From contig CAVSDR010000004.1 of assembly GCA_963726745.1 (NCBI GenBank), positions 288,001 to 352,000 on the forward strand: a stretch of DNA of 64,000 nt, in the 5' to 3' direction. Of the stretch, positions 34,674-44,464 are shown in pieces; positions within the stretch are counted from its first letter, which is position 1, and each line of letters begins with the position of its first letter. Under the pieces are notes generated by a model that had not been told where the DNA came from, did no database searches, and was given only the letters and a program-made list of their open reading frames with translations. This DNA is from an uncultured Verrucomicrobiae bacterium (lineage in GTDB: Bacteria > Verrucomicrobiota > Verrucomicrobiia > Chthoniobacterales > UBA10450). A program made the position numbers and the translations under genes.

Positions 34674-35124
34674 AGATTTTTGTCTCCTCGTGTCTCTTCG
34701 TTTTTCGGCGACGAAGCGTTTGCAGACCAGCAAAATTAAACTGCCCCCTTGCCCACGACGACGCCCTTGCCGCCACCGCACCCCGCCGACGCGTCCGGTT
34801 TTTCCAAGGGGCACGCTGCCATCCTCGCGACCAATTTCATGGCCTTCCTCCAGCTTCTCGCCCTCGGCCTTTCGGCGAGCACCTCACGAGCGCACAGAGC
34901 CATGCGGCTGAAGCCGCGGCAGCCCGCCGCGGCGCGAGGTCCGCGCAAAACCTCGCGCGCGACTGGCCGCCCAGCGCCCGCGTCCTCCATCATTGATCCA
35001 TAAAGGTTGCTGCCTAACGAGTCTCGACGGCCACCGCAGGCTTGACCAAGGCGCCCATTTTTTGGTATCCGGGGCGTCTCCCCGAAAGTGCATTTCGAGG
35101 ATCACCGTAGAAAGGAATCCAGCC

Positions 35125-36391
35125 ATGAAAGCAAACTCCCTCTCGCGGCGCGGTCACATTCTCCGCGCGCGCGGCTTCACCCTGATCGAACTCCTGGTGG
35201 TGATCGCGATCATCGCCATTCTTATCGGCCTGCTGCTCCCCGCGGTGCAGAAGGTGCGCGAAGCGGCCAATCGCGCGGCCGCAGCAAACAACCTGCGCTT
35301 TATCGCCGCCGCCGAGCGCGCCTACTTCCAGGAGCACGGCGAGTATGCGCGCTCGCTCGAGCAGCTCGGCGTGAGCCAGCAATTCCCGAACGGAAAGCGC
35401 GACGGCTACATGTTCATGTTGGCGCCCAACCGCGAGCTTGGTTTCCAGGCGATCGCGAATCCCGCGGTGCCGGGCATCACTGGCGGGGCCGATTGCCGGA
35501 TCGACCAGACGAGCGAGCTCACCTGCGGCCCGAATCCCTCCGCCGACGCCAACCGCCGCGCGATGTTTGCCAACATCCACCGGCGCGCCGCCGCGACCAT
35601 GGCCGGGCTGCTTGTGCAAATGCCGGAGTCGCTCCATCGCATCGTGCAGACGCTGCAATCGCGGAAAACTTTTCCCGATGTCTTCGCGCGACTCGACGCC
35701 AACGGCGACCGGCGATTGAGCTTCGCGGAAATGCTTCATCCGCCGAGCGACCCGACCGGCGCGCTGAATGCCCTGCTGCCTTACATCGAGCAACAGCTCA
35801 TGCTCGGCGCCGGCGGCGAGGACACGAACGCGCTCCCGGCGGTGCAATTCCAGGCTTTCGGGAACACCGGTGCCCACGCGCTCCCCGGTGGACCTGCGCA
35901 CGGAAGTCGTCGACGGCACCTCGAACACCGTCTTCCTCGCCGGCTCGCAATTGCCCGCGGTGCAGTTAGCCGGTTTCGGCGATGGGAGCGTGCGCCCGAG
36001 CGCCGGCTCGCCGCAGCGCGCAGCCACCGAAGGGCGCGCCGATCCCGAGAGCCAATCGGCGCCCGGCCTGCGCTTCACCGACGCCGCCTTCGGCGCTCTT
36101 CTCGAACAGGTCGTGTGGGGCGATACCGAGACCGCCGGCCGGTTTGGTTCCTTGACTCTGGTTGACCAGGAGGGCAACGGAATCATCGCGATCCTCATCG
36201 GCCTGCTCCAGCCCGCGAGCACAAAGCAGGGCGCGTCGCTGCAAGGCTTCGCGGTGGTCGGCGACGGCAGCGGCCTGATGGCGGGCGCGGCCGGGGCGGG
36301 CTCGGTCGCGATCGATTGGACGAGGGATTTAGACAGCGGCTTCAACGCCAAGGCCGACTTGCGCGCCTTCGAAATCGATAAAAGTCGTTAG
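35125..36391 (+). CDS. Prepilin-type N-terminal cleavage/methylation protein (DUF1559-like motifs, EF-hand-like loop); +1 frameshift ~35855-35890
   Basis: [58 protein letters not shown] in the downstream frame (ORF 35768..36391). Confidence 0.75.
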
Positions 36392-36804
36392 GCTTCCCCA
36401 GCACCAGCAGGCGGACGCGGCAGGCAGAAAACCGTGCGCGCCAAGTCGCTGGCTAATTCCTCCGGCGCATACCACCGGAGGAGCACATCCTTGTCGAGCA
36501 GGTCGGCATTCGCCGCAATAAAGGCGCCCCAGTTTGGCGCCGGACGCTCGGCCCGGCGCTGCGCGACTAACGAGAGGAAAGCCACCGTGATCGTCTGGTG
36601 GTAGAGCTGCGGTTTCCCTGCCCGGGCCGCGAGGTGTTGCAAGCCGCGCTCGAAGTGCTGGAGCGTCTCGCCAAAGGAAAAGCGCGCGAGCAACTCGTAG
36701 GCAAACCGGAGATGCTCCCGATGCGGGAAATCGGCCGGCGCGATCTCGCCCGCGGCGAAGGCCGCGAGCTCCGCTTCCACTCGCATTCCCTCCGTCGTGC
36801 TCAT
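36388..36804 (-). CDS. Conserved hypothetical protein
   Basis: FPHREHLR..YHQTIT..LLRWY..ARTVFCLP pattern resembles a widespread small uncharacterised family. Confidence 0.65.
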   Translation of the reverse strand: MSTTEGMRVEAELAAFAAGEIAPADFPHREHLRFAYELLARFSFGETLQHFERGLQHLAARAGKPQLYHQTITVAFLSLVAQRRAERPAPNWGAFIAANADLLDKDVLLRWYAPEELASDLARTVFCLPRPPAGAGEA

Positions 36805-36869
36805 GCGAGGTCGTCGGCTCTTTTTTTGAGATTGCAACTTTGCCCGGACTTTCCAGAGTGCCGCCTCGG

Positions 36870-37751
36870 ATGGAACTCAAGGCCTACCTCGCCGCGCGCC
36901 AAAAAGAAATCGACCGCGCGCTCGATCGTCTCCTGCCGAAAGCGTCGGCTAAACCCGCGACGATCCACCGGGCGATGCGCTACAGTTTGTTCGCCGGCGG
37001 GAAGCGCCTCCGCCCGATCCTTTGCCTGGCCGCGGCGGAAGCGTGCGGTGGAAAAATCGCGCCCGCGCTGCCGCTGGCCGGCGCGGTCGAGTGCATCCAC
37101 ACCTACTCGCTGATCCACGACGATCTCCCGAGCATGGACAACGATGATCTCCGCCGCGGCCGCCCGACTTCGCACAAGGTTTACGGCGAAGGCATCGCAG
37201 TCCTCGCGGGCGACGCGCTCCTCACGGCCGCGTTCGAAATGCTGACGCACGCGGACCTGCCGCGGCGTTACCCGATGGCCGCGGTCGTGCGCGAGCTCGC
37301 GCAGGGCGCCGGGAGCCAGCGCTTGATCGCCGGGCAGGTGGCCGACCTCGAGGGCGAAGGGAAAAAGATCAACCGCGCGGGCCTGCGTTACATTCACGAG
37401 AACAAAACCGCCGCGATGCTCGCCACCTCCGTGCGGCTGGGCGCGATGAGCGCCGACGCCAGCGGCCGGCAACTCGCCGCGGTCACGAAGTTCGGCAACT
37501 CGTTAGGCCTGGCCTTCCAGGTGATCGACGACATTCTCGACGTCACCCAGACGAGCGAGAAGCTCGGCAAAAGCGCCGGTAAAGATGTGGCCGCGGCCAA
37601 GGCGACCTACCCGGCGATCATCGGACTGCAGAAGTCGCGCAAGGAAGCGCAGCGCCTCACGCAGGAAGCCGATGCCGCGCTCAGCCCGCTCGGCTCGCGC
37701 GCGGAAACGCTGCGCGCGATCGCGCGCCATCTGCTGGATCGGGAGTATTGA
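36870..37751 (+). CDS. ispA: Polyprenyl (farnesyl/geranylgeranyl) diphosphate synthase
   Basis: GGKRLRP, SLIHDDLPSMDNDDLRRG, FQVIDDILD, KATYP. Confidence 0.9.
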   Translation: MELKAYLAARQKEIDRALDRLLPKASAKPATIHRAMRYSLFAGGKRLRPILCLAAAEACGGKIAPALPLAGAVECIHTYSLIHDDLPSMDNDDLRRGRPTSHKVYGEGIAVLAGDALLTAAFEMLTHADLPRRYPMAAVVRELAQGAGSQRLIAGQVADLEGEGKKINRAGLRYIHENKTAAMLATSVRLGAMSADASGRQLAAVTKFGNSLGLAFQVIDDILDVTQTSEKLGKSAGKDVAAAKATYPAIIGLQKSRKEAQRLTQEADAALSPLGSRAETLRAIARHLLDREY

Positions 37752-37763
37752 TTTCCCGAAACG

Positions 37764-38765
37764 CTAAGCCAGCGCGAGGTTGGGATCGATTTCCTCGGCG
37801 ACGGAATCGGTGGCGCCGTTGAGCAGGCGCCAGCGCGCGGCAAAGGCGATCATCGCGGCGTTATCGGTCGTGAGCGCGCGCGGGGCGGAGAGGCAACGCA
37901 GGCCGGCCGCGGCGCAGGCGCGCTCGAGCTCCGTGCGGAGGTAGTGATTGCAGCTGACGCCGCCGCTCAAGGTCACCAGGTCGCTGCCTGTTTCCTGCGC
38001 GGCGCGGACGGTTTTTTTTACCAGCACTTCCACCACCGCGGCCTGGAAAGAGGCGCAGAGATCGGCCAGCGTCTGCGGTTCGCCTAACGAGGGAATCTTC
38101 GGCAGGAGATAACGCACCGCCGTTTTCAGTCCGCTGAAGCTGAACTGGTGATCGCGCGAGTCGAGCATGCTTCGCGGGAAGGCGAAACGCGCGGGATCGC
38201 CGGTGCGCGCCTGCCGCTCGATCTCCGGGCCGCCGGGGTAAGGCAGGCCGAGAAGTTTGGCCACCTTGTCGAAAGCTTCGCCGGCAGCGTCGTCGAGCGT
38301 GCGGCCGAGAATCGCGTAATCGCCGACCGCGCGCACCCGCACCAAGAGCGTGTGCCCGCCGCTCACGACTAACGAGACATTCGGCGTGATCTCGCTGGCT
38401 GTTTCGAAGAACGGGGAAAGCAGGTGGCCTTCGAGATGGTTGATCGCGAGATACGGTTTGCCGGTGCCAAGCGCGAGGCCCTTGGCGATGGAGGCGCCGA
38501 TCATGAGCGAGGTCGCGAGGCCCGGTCCGCTGGTCGCGGCAAAGGCATCGATCCCGGCGATGGCGACGCCGGCGGTGGCGAGCGCAGTCTCAAGCAGGCG
38601 CGGCGCGTGCAGGAGATGATTGCGCGACGCGACCTCCGGCACGACGCCGCCGTATTGCTCATGCAGCGCCGTCTGCGACGCGACCTCGCTCGCGAGCAGC
38701 TCGCGGCCGCGCAGGATCGCGACGGCGGTTTCGTCGCAGGAAGTTTCTAGAGCGAGGATTTGCAC
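37764..38765 (-). CDS. tsaD: tRNA N6-adenosine threonylcarbamoyltransferase
   Basis: ILALETSCDET, GGVVPEVASRNH, NHLEGH, VSGGHT, DDAAGEAFDKVAK, TDNAAMIA; GTG start at 38765. Confidence 0.95.
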   Translation of the reverse strand: MQILALETSCDETAVAILRGRELLASEVASQTALHEQYGGVVPEVASRNHLLHAPRLLETALATAGVAIAGIDAFAATSGPGLATSLMIGASIAKGLALGTGKPYLAINHLEGHLLSPFFETASEITPNVSLVVSGGHTLLVRVRAVGDYAILGRTLDDAAGEAFDKVAKLLGLPYPGGPEIERQARTGDPARFAFPRSMLDSRDHQFSFSGLKTAVRYLLPKIPSLGEPQTLADLCASFQAAVVEVLVKKTVRAAQETGSDLVTLSGGVSCNHYLRTELERACAAAGLRCLSAPRALTTDNAAMIAFAARWRLLNGATDSVAEEIDPNLALA

Positions 38766-38830
38766 CGCAGAAGCGCGGAGAGCGCAGAGAAGGAATGAAA
38801 AATACTCAGCGTCCTCGGCGTCTCTGCGGT
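38764..38830. repeat. REP-like imperfect inverted-repeat element
   Basis: ACCGCAGAAGCGCGGAGAGCGCAGAG .. CTCAGCGTCCTCGGCGTCTCTGCGGT arms around an A-rich spacer. Confidence 0.65.
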
Positions 38831-38833
38831 TAA

Positions 38834-40138
38834 CTACTTCTTCACCGAGTCGACCTTTGGTCCCGCTTCCTGGGCGTAGATCATGACGCCTTTGAGCGCG
38901 TCGATTGCGCGGAGCATTTGCGTGTCCTTCGACTTGATCAGGTCCTTTTCGTCCTCCGGCTTGAGGGAATCGCTGCTGCGGGCGGTGAAGAGCGCGCGTT
39001 CCTGCTCGCTCGTGAGCGGGACGCGGATGTTCGGCGTGACGCCGTTCGCATGGATGACCTGCTTGCTGGGAGTGTAATATTTCGCGGTGGTGAAGCGGAG
39101 CGCGGAGCCATCGGGCAGCTGCATGACGTTTTGCACCGAGCCTTTGCCGAAGGTGGTTTCGCCGACGACGATCGCGCGCTTCAAGTCCTTGAGCGCGCCG
39201 GCCACGATCTCTGCGCCGCTGGCGCTGCCTTCGTTCACCAGCACGGTCATGGGAAAGCGCGGCCGCGCCTTGCCCGCGCCGCTGGTGGCATACTCCGTCT
39301 GCTGCGAGGGCACGCGGCCTTGCGTGGAGACGACCTTGGTGCCGGACGGGAGAAATTGTCCGCAAACATCGACCGCGCTGTTGAGCAAGCCGCCGGGATT
39401 ATTTCGCAGGTCGAGCACGAGCGCCTGCATCCCCTGCTTCTGCAATTCGTCGAGGGTCTTCCCGAGTTCCTCCGCGGTCGGCTCGTTGAACTGGATCAAG
39501 CGCACGTAGCCGATCTTGAAGTTGCCGGTTAATTCCGGGTCGAGCAGGCGTCCGCCCTTGACGCTCTGAACCTTAATCTCCGCCCGCTCCAGGGCGTAAT
39601 CCTTGATCTCCTTGGTCGCCGGCCGGAGGACGGTGAGGGTAACTTTCTGGCCGGGGTTTCCGCGGAGCACGGTGACCGCATCTTGTAGTTCCATCTTCTC
39701 GGTCGAGTTCCCGTTGATCCGCAGAATCTGGTCGCCCGAGAGAATCCCGGCCTTGGCCGCGGGCGTGTCTTCCATCGGGGTGATCACCGTGAGCATGCCG
39801 TTCTTAACCGAGACTTCGATCCCGAGACCGTTGAAGCGGCTGCGGGTGTCGTCCTGCATGTCCTTGAAGTCATCCGGGTCCATGAACTGCGAATGCGGAT
39901 CGAGCGAGGCGAGCATGCCCTTCATGGCTGCGTAGATCAGGTCGTGGTAGCTGGTCTTTTTGCTGTCGACGTAATCCTGCCGGATGAGCTGGACCGCGCG
40001 GGCGAAGACAGAGATCTGCGCATAACCGGTATCTTCCTCGGTCTCGGCCGCGCGCAGCGAAAAGAAGCGGAAGCCGAGCAGCCCGACGAGAAAGAGCAGG
40101 CAGGCGCAGGTGCTGAAGAAGAGGCGACGTTGCATCAT
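38834..40138 (-). CDS. S41 family carboxyl-terminal processing protease (PDZ)
   Basis: LDPHSQF, FNGLGIEV, LDLRNNPGGLL, GSASGAEIVAGAL, TFGKGSVQ. Confidence 0.93.
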   Translation of the reverse strand: MMQRRLFFSTCACLLFLVGLLGFRFFSLRAAETEEDTGYAQISVFARAVQLIRQDYVDSKKTSYHDLIYAAMKGMLASLDPHSQFMDPDDFKDMQDDTRSRFNGLGIEVSVKNGMLTVITPMEDTPAAKAGILSGDQILRINGNSTEKMELQDAVTVLRGNPGQKVTLTVLRPATKEIKDYALERAEIKVQSVKGGRLLDPELTGNFKIGYVRLIQFNEPTAEELGKTLDELQKQGMQALVLDLRNNPGGLLNSAVDVCGQFLPSGTKVVSTQGRVPSQQTEYATSGAGKARPRFPMTVLVNEGSASGAEIVAGALKDLKRAIVVGETTFGKGSVQNVMQLPDGSALRFTTAKYYTPSKQVIHANGVTPNIRVPLTSEQERALFTARSSDSLKPEDEKDLIKSKDTQMLRAIDALKGVMIYAQEAGPKVDSVKK

Positions 40139-40246
40139 GGGGAAGGGTGAAACACCGCCGGAGATACTCCGGCATCGAGAAATTTTTGGCAACGTGCAAA
40201 CCGTGGCTAAAGTTCGCCCCCGCGCCCGGCGCGCGCGCAAATTTCC

Positions 40247-42043
40247 ATGAAACGACTCCTTCTGCTCCTGTCGCTCGCGCTTGCCGTGACCACTTTCGCC
40301 GCCAAACCCACGCCCACGCCGAAGCCCACCCCGACCCCGGCGCCGCTGACCCCGGACGCCGAATTCGAGAAGGTCGCGGAGGAATACATCAAAGGCTGGC
40401 TGGGGGCGCATCCGCTCACCGCGACCTCGCTCGGCTTCCATGAATACGACGGCCGAATCAACGATTTCACCCGCCTGGCGATCGACGCCGAACAGGCGCG
40501 CTTGAAGCGTTTCGAGAAAAAGCTGGTGGAGACGGACGCGAGCAAGCTGAGCGCGCGCAACCACATCGACCTGCGGATTCTGCTCGCGGCCATCCGGAAG
40601 GATTTGTTCGAGCTTCAGGAGATGGGCGCGTTTGAGCTGAACCCCATGACCTACGCGCAGGCGATCGATGTGAACGTCTACATCAAGCGGAAGTTTGCCC
40701 CGCTGGAAGAGCGTCTGCGCCACATCATCGCGATCCAAAACCAGACGCCGAACGTGATCATCGCGGCCAAGACCAACCTCGCTCCGGTGTTGCCGAAACC
40801 TTACGTGGAGTTGGCGATCGAGATCGCGCGCGGCCAGGCCGAGTTCATGAAGAAGGATTTGGTCGAGGCGCTCAAGGAAGTAAAAGACGAGAAGCTTCAA
40901 ACCAGCTTCGCAATGTCCAATCGCAAGGCCTCGATGGCGCTGCTGGATTTCGCAAACTGGCTCGAGAAAGAGAAGCTGTCCAAGGCGAGCGCGCCCTGGG
41001 CGCTGGGCGCGGAGAAATTCCAGCGCCTCCTCGCGCAAACCGAGCTGGTCGATCTGCCCCCGGAGAAGCTGCTCGCGCTCGGGCTCGAGGAATTGAAGCG
41101 CGAGCAAGCCGCCTTCGCCGAAGCGGCGCGCATCATCGACCCGGAAAAGCCGCCGATCGAAGTCTTCAAGGAAATCCAAAAAGAACATCCGACAGCCGAC
41201 AAGCTCATCGCCGAGACGGCCAAAAACCTCGAAGCCATCCGGCAATTTGTCGCCGACCGCGACCTGGTGAGCTTGCCGTCTAAAGTGCGCGCGGAGGTCA
41301 AGGAGACGCCGCAGTTTGCCCGCGCCACTTCCTTCGCCTCAATGGACACGCCCGGGCCGTTCGAGAAGAAGGCCACGGAAGCATATTACTACGTCACCCC
41401 GGTGGAGCCGGAGTGGAGCGACACGCAAAAGGAAGAGTGGCTCACTGCCTTCAATTACTACACCACCGACGATGTCTCGATCCACGAGTGCTACCCCGGG
41501 CATTACACGCAATTCCTTCATCTCAACGCCTCCTCGGCAACGAAGCTGGAGAAGATTTTCGGGAGCTACGCCTTCATCGAAGGCTGGGCGCATTACGCGG
41601 AGAAGATGATGCTCGACGAAGGTTTTGGCCGGAGCAAAGCGGAGAATCCGAGCGAGGAGGAGATCAAGAAAGCGGCCAAGTATCGGCTGGCGCAATCCGA
41701 CGAAGCGCTCCTGCGGCTTTGCCGGCTGTGCGTCTCGATCATGATGCACACCGAGGGGATGACGGTGGAGGACGGGGCAAAATTCTTCCAGGCAAACTGT
41801 TACTACGAAGCGAAGCCCTCGATGTCGGAAGCGATGCGCGGGACCTTCGATCCGGGCTACCTAAACTACACGTTAGGCAAGCTCCAGCTCCTGAAGCTGC
41901 GCGAAGATTACAAAACGCAGGAAGGCGAGAAATATTCGCTCAAGAAATTTCACGATGAAGCTCTCGACCACGGGATGCCGCCGATCCGTCTCCTGCGCGA
42001 GATTCTGCTGAAGGACGAGGCGCTTTGGGACCAGGTGCTCTAG
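40247..42043 (+). CDS. DUF885 family protein
   Basis: Signal peptide, IHECYPGHY, FIEGWAHYAE, YLNYTLGK, LKKFHD. Confidence 0.87.
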   Translation: MKRLLLLLSLALAVTTFAAKPTPTPKPTPTPAPLTPDAEFEKVAEEYIKGWLGAHPLTATSLGFHEYDGRINDFTRLAIDAEQARLKRFEKKLVETDASKLSARNHIDLRILLAAIRKDLFELQEMGAFELNPMTYAQAIDVNVYIKRKFAPLEERLRHIIAIQNQTPNVIIAAKTNLAPVLPKPYVELAIEIARGQAEFMKKDLVEALKEVKDEKLQTSFAMSNRKASMALLDFANWLEKEKLSKASAPWALGAEKFQRLLAQTELVDLPPEKLLALGLEELKREQAAFAEAARIIDPEKPPIEVFKEIQKEHPTADKLIAETAKNLEAIRQFVADRDLVSLPSKVRAEVKETPQFARATSFASMDTPGPFEKKATEAYYYVTPVEPEWSDTQKEEWLTAFNYYTTDDVSIHECYPGHYTQFLHLNASSATKLEKIFGSYAFIEGWAHYAEKMMLDEGFGRSKAENPSEEEIKKAAKYRLAQSDEALLRLCRLCVSIMMHTEGMTVEDGAKFFQANCYYEAKPSMSEAMRGTFDPGYLNYTLGKLQLLKLREDYKTQEGEKYSLKKFHDEALDHGMPPIRLLREILLKDEALWDQVL

Positions 42044-43008
42044 CTCCCGGCGCGGAGGGTAAAAAGCGTGATCTCCGGCGGGCAATTGAGCCGCACCGGG
42101 AAGAGGCTGAAGCCGATCCCGCGGTTGATGTAAAGGCGGTTGCCCACCTGCTCGTAATCGTGGATCCAGCCGTCGACGCCGAGCTCATTGTCATCCACCC
42201 AATTCCAGATCGACCAGCGCGGAAAGAACGGGATCTGCATTTGCCCGCCATGCGTGTGGCCGGCCAGGATCAGTGGCCCCGCGCCCGGCGGCACGTGCGG
42301 GGCGCTCGCCGGATTATGCAGCAAGATCAACCGCGCCGCGTCGCCCGGCACGCCGCGTAGCGCCGCGGCGACGTCGTCGCGTTTCGCCATATAGGAATCG
42401 ACGCCCACGAGGTACAGCCGCGCCTCGTCCTCGCCGCCGCCGCCGCCAAGTGAGAGCGGGACGAAGTCGTTCCGCAGCACGCGCACGCCCACGCTTTCCA
42501 AACCGGACGCCACGCGGTTAGCCAGCGCTTCCAGCGCCGGCGTTCGCCCGCTTTTGATCCCGTAGTCGTGATTCCCCAGGACCGCATAGGTCGGGATGTT
42601 CGCGTGCCGCAACGGGCGGAGGAGATCGGTCACATGGCGCACTTCCTCGAGCGTCTCGGCCTTGAACTCCGCCGGCTCGTGCTCTTCGCGCACTTCCTCC
42701 GGCTCGTCCTCCAGCGGATGGTAAATGAAATCGCCGGCGATCAAGACTGCGTCCGGTTTCAATTCCACCAGGCGGGCCACCACGCGCCGGATGGTGTCCG
42801 TATTCCCCAGCCACATGCCGACCTGGAGATCGGCGATGAGCGCGATCTCCTTTCCCTCCCAAGCCGCCGGCAATTTAGGCAGCGAGACGGTCTCGCGCCG
42901 GAGCGTGTAGAGACGCGGCTCAATCCCGACGCCCCAGATCAGGAGGAGCAGCACCAGAACGAGGAGCGCGAGCGCGATTCGCCCGAGCCAAAGTGCTGTC
43001 CGTTTCAT
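42040..43008 (-). CDS. Metallophosphoesterase (YkuE-like)
   Basis: IADLQ, IAGDF, VLGNHD, LLHNP, AGHTHGGQ, PVRLNCPPEI; N-terminal TM helix. Confidence 0.88.
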   Translation of the reverse strand: MKRTALWLGRIALALLVLVLLLLIWGVGIEPRLYTLRRETVSLPKLPAAWEGKEIALIADLQVGMWLGNTDTIRRVVARLVELKPDAVLIAGDFIYHPLEDEPEEVREEHEPAEFKAETLEEVRHVTDLLRPLRHANIPTYAVLGNHDYGIKSGRTPALEALANRVASGLESVGVRVLRNDFVPLSLGGGGGEDEARLYLVGVDSYMAKRDDVAAALRGVPGDAARLILLHNPASAPHVPPGAGPLILAGHTHGGQMQIPFFPRWSIWNWVDDNELGVDGWIHDYEQVGNRLYINRGIGFSLFPVRLNCPPEITLFTLRAGS

Positions 43009-43050
43009 GCCTAAGTGTCGTCCAATCCCCTGTTTACTGGCGTATCCTAG

Positions 43051-43350
43051 ATGATGAATGCCACCAGACAAACGCTCGATCGCTGGAACGATGATGTCTT
43101 CAATCGCGAGAACGCCTGGACTGTTTTCGCCTTCCTCGCCGCCGTCGCCGGCGCCTCTCTCGGCCGCAAACTGATGAGGACTGGCTGGCAAAAGTCCACC
43201 GGGCGCTCCGCGCCGATGAATCCCGACGCGGACGACGCCAGCTGGCCCGAGGCGCTCAGTTGGGGCATCGCCACGGGCGCGCTCGTCGGCATCCTGCGCA
43301 TGTTCTCCCGGCGCGGCGCCAGCGCGGCCTGGAAAAACTGGATTCGTTAG
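43051..43350 (+). CDS. DUF4235-like small membrane protein
   Basis: ..GWQKSTGRSAPMNP..SWPEALSWGIATGALVG pattern. Confidence 0.7.
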   Translation: MMNATRQTLDRWNDDVFNRENAWTVFAFLAAVAGASLGRKLMRTGWQKSTGRSAPMNPDADDASWPEALSWGIATGALVGILRMFSRRGASAAWKNWIR

Positions 43351-44453
43351 GCCGCAGCCAGGATCGCCTCGATCTGCTGCAGCTCCTCGGCGTTGAAGTC
43401 GAGTTTCTCGAAAGCGTGCGCGTTCTCTTCCAATTGATCGATATCGGACGCGCCCACGAGCGCGCTGGTTACTCCCGGGTTGCGCAACGTCCAAGCGATC
43501 GCCATCTGTGGGAGCGTTTGCCCACGACTTTGCGCGAGCTCGTTCAATTGTCGCGTCCGCGTGCGCATCGTGTCGGTGATTTTCGCCCGCTGCTCCGGCG
43601 ACCAGCGCTTGGCCGCGCGCGAGCCTTCGGGAATTTCCTCGAGATATTTCGTGCTTAACATCCCCTGCGCGAGCACGGAGAAAGCGACCACGCCGAGCCC
43701 GTGCTCCCGGGCCACAGGCAGGAGATCGTTTTCGATTCCGCGCGTGAGCAGGTTGTAACGCACCTGGTTGACGATCAAGGGTGCGAGATTCTGCTCGCGC
43801 ACGATCCGGCAAGCCTCTGCCACCTGCGCGCCGCTGTAATTACTCAGCCCCACGTAGAGTGCCTTCCCTTGCCGCACGATCTGGTCGAGCGCGCGCAGCG
43901 TTTCCTCCAGCGGCGTCACCGGGTCGGGCCGGTGCGAATAGAAAATGTCCACGTGCTCCAGGCCCAGGCGCTGGAGCGATTGGTCGATGCTCGCGAGGAG
44001 CGACTTCCGCGAGCTGTTGTCGCCGTAAGGCCCAGGCCACATGACGAAGCCCGCCTTGGTCGCGACGATCATTTCCTCGCGCGGCATTTCCCGCAGGCTC
44101 CGGCCGACGATGATCTCCGCGCGCCCCGGCGGCGTGCCGTAATTGTTCGCCAGGTCGAAGTAGGTAATCCCGAGATTGAAGGCGCGAAAGATGCAACCGC
44201 GCGCCTGCTCCGGGCCCACGTAACCGCCGAAGGTTTCCCAAGCGCCTAACGAAATAGCCGGCAACTTCAGCCCGCTGCGCCCGCAGGTGCGGTAGGGCAT
44301 TTTCTCATAACGCGCCGGGTCGGCCTGGAATTGGTGCCAGCTCAACCGGTCGCGCTGGACCGGGCGGCCAGTCGGTTTCCCGGGCGCCGGCGTGCTGCGG
44401 AGGACCGGCTTGATCCCGGGTGGAGTGCGCTTGTGGAATTCGGGCTGGCTCAT
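43347..44453 (-). CDS. Aldo/keto reductase (YghZ/Gpr-like)
   Basis: GRSGLKLPAISLG, FDLANNYG, WPGPYG, VDIFYSHRPDP. Confidence 0.9.
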   Translation of the reverse strand: MSQPEFHKRTPPGIKPVLRSTPAPGKPTGRPVQRDRLSWHQFQADPARYEKMPYRTCGRSGLKLPAISLGAWETFGGYVGPEQARGCIFRAFNLGITYFDLANNYGTPPGRAEIIVGRSLREMPREEMIVATKAGFVMWPGPYGDNSSRKSLLASIDQSLQRLGLEHVDIFYSHRPDPVTPLEETLRALDQIVRQGKALYVGLSNYSGAQVAEACRIVREQNLAPLIVNQVRYNLLTRGIENDLLPVAREHGLGVVAFSVLAQGMLSTKYLEEIPEGSRAAKRWSPEQRAKITDTMRTRTRQLNELAQSRGQTLPQMAIAWTLRNPGVTSALVGASDIDQLEENAHAFEKLDFNAEELQQIEAILAAA

Positions 44454-44464
44454 GAAAGGATTCG

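Noticed and set aside
34678..34712. Possible half REP-like unit (ACGAAGAGACACGAGGAGACA on the minus strand) upstream of the TPR gene
   Set aside because: No partner arm or second copy was found, and it may simply contain the ribosome-binding site.
40304..40345. PT-rich tandem repeats (also ~7970-8020 and ~56360-56385)
   Set aside because: Ordinary low-complexity Pro/Thr linkers of exported proteins.
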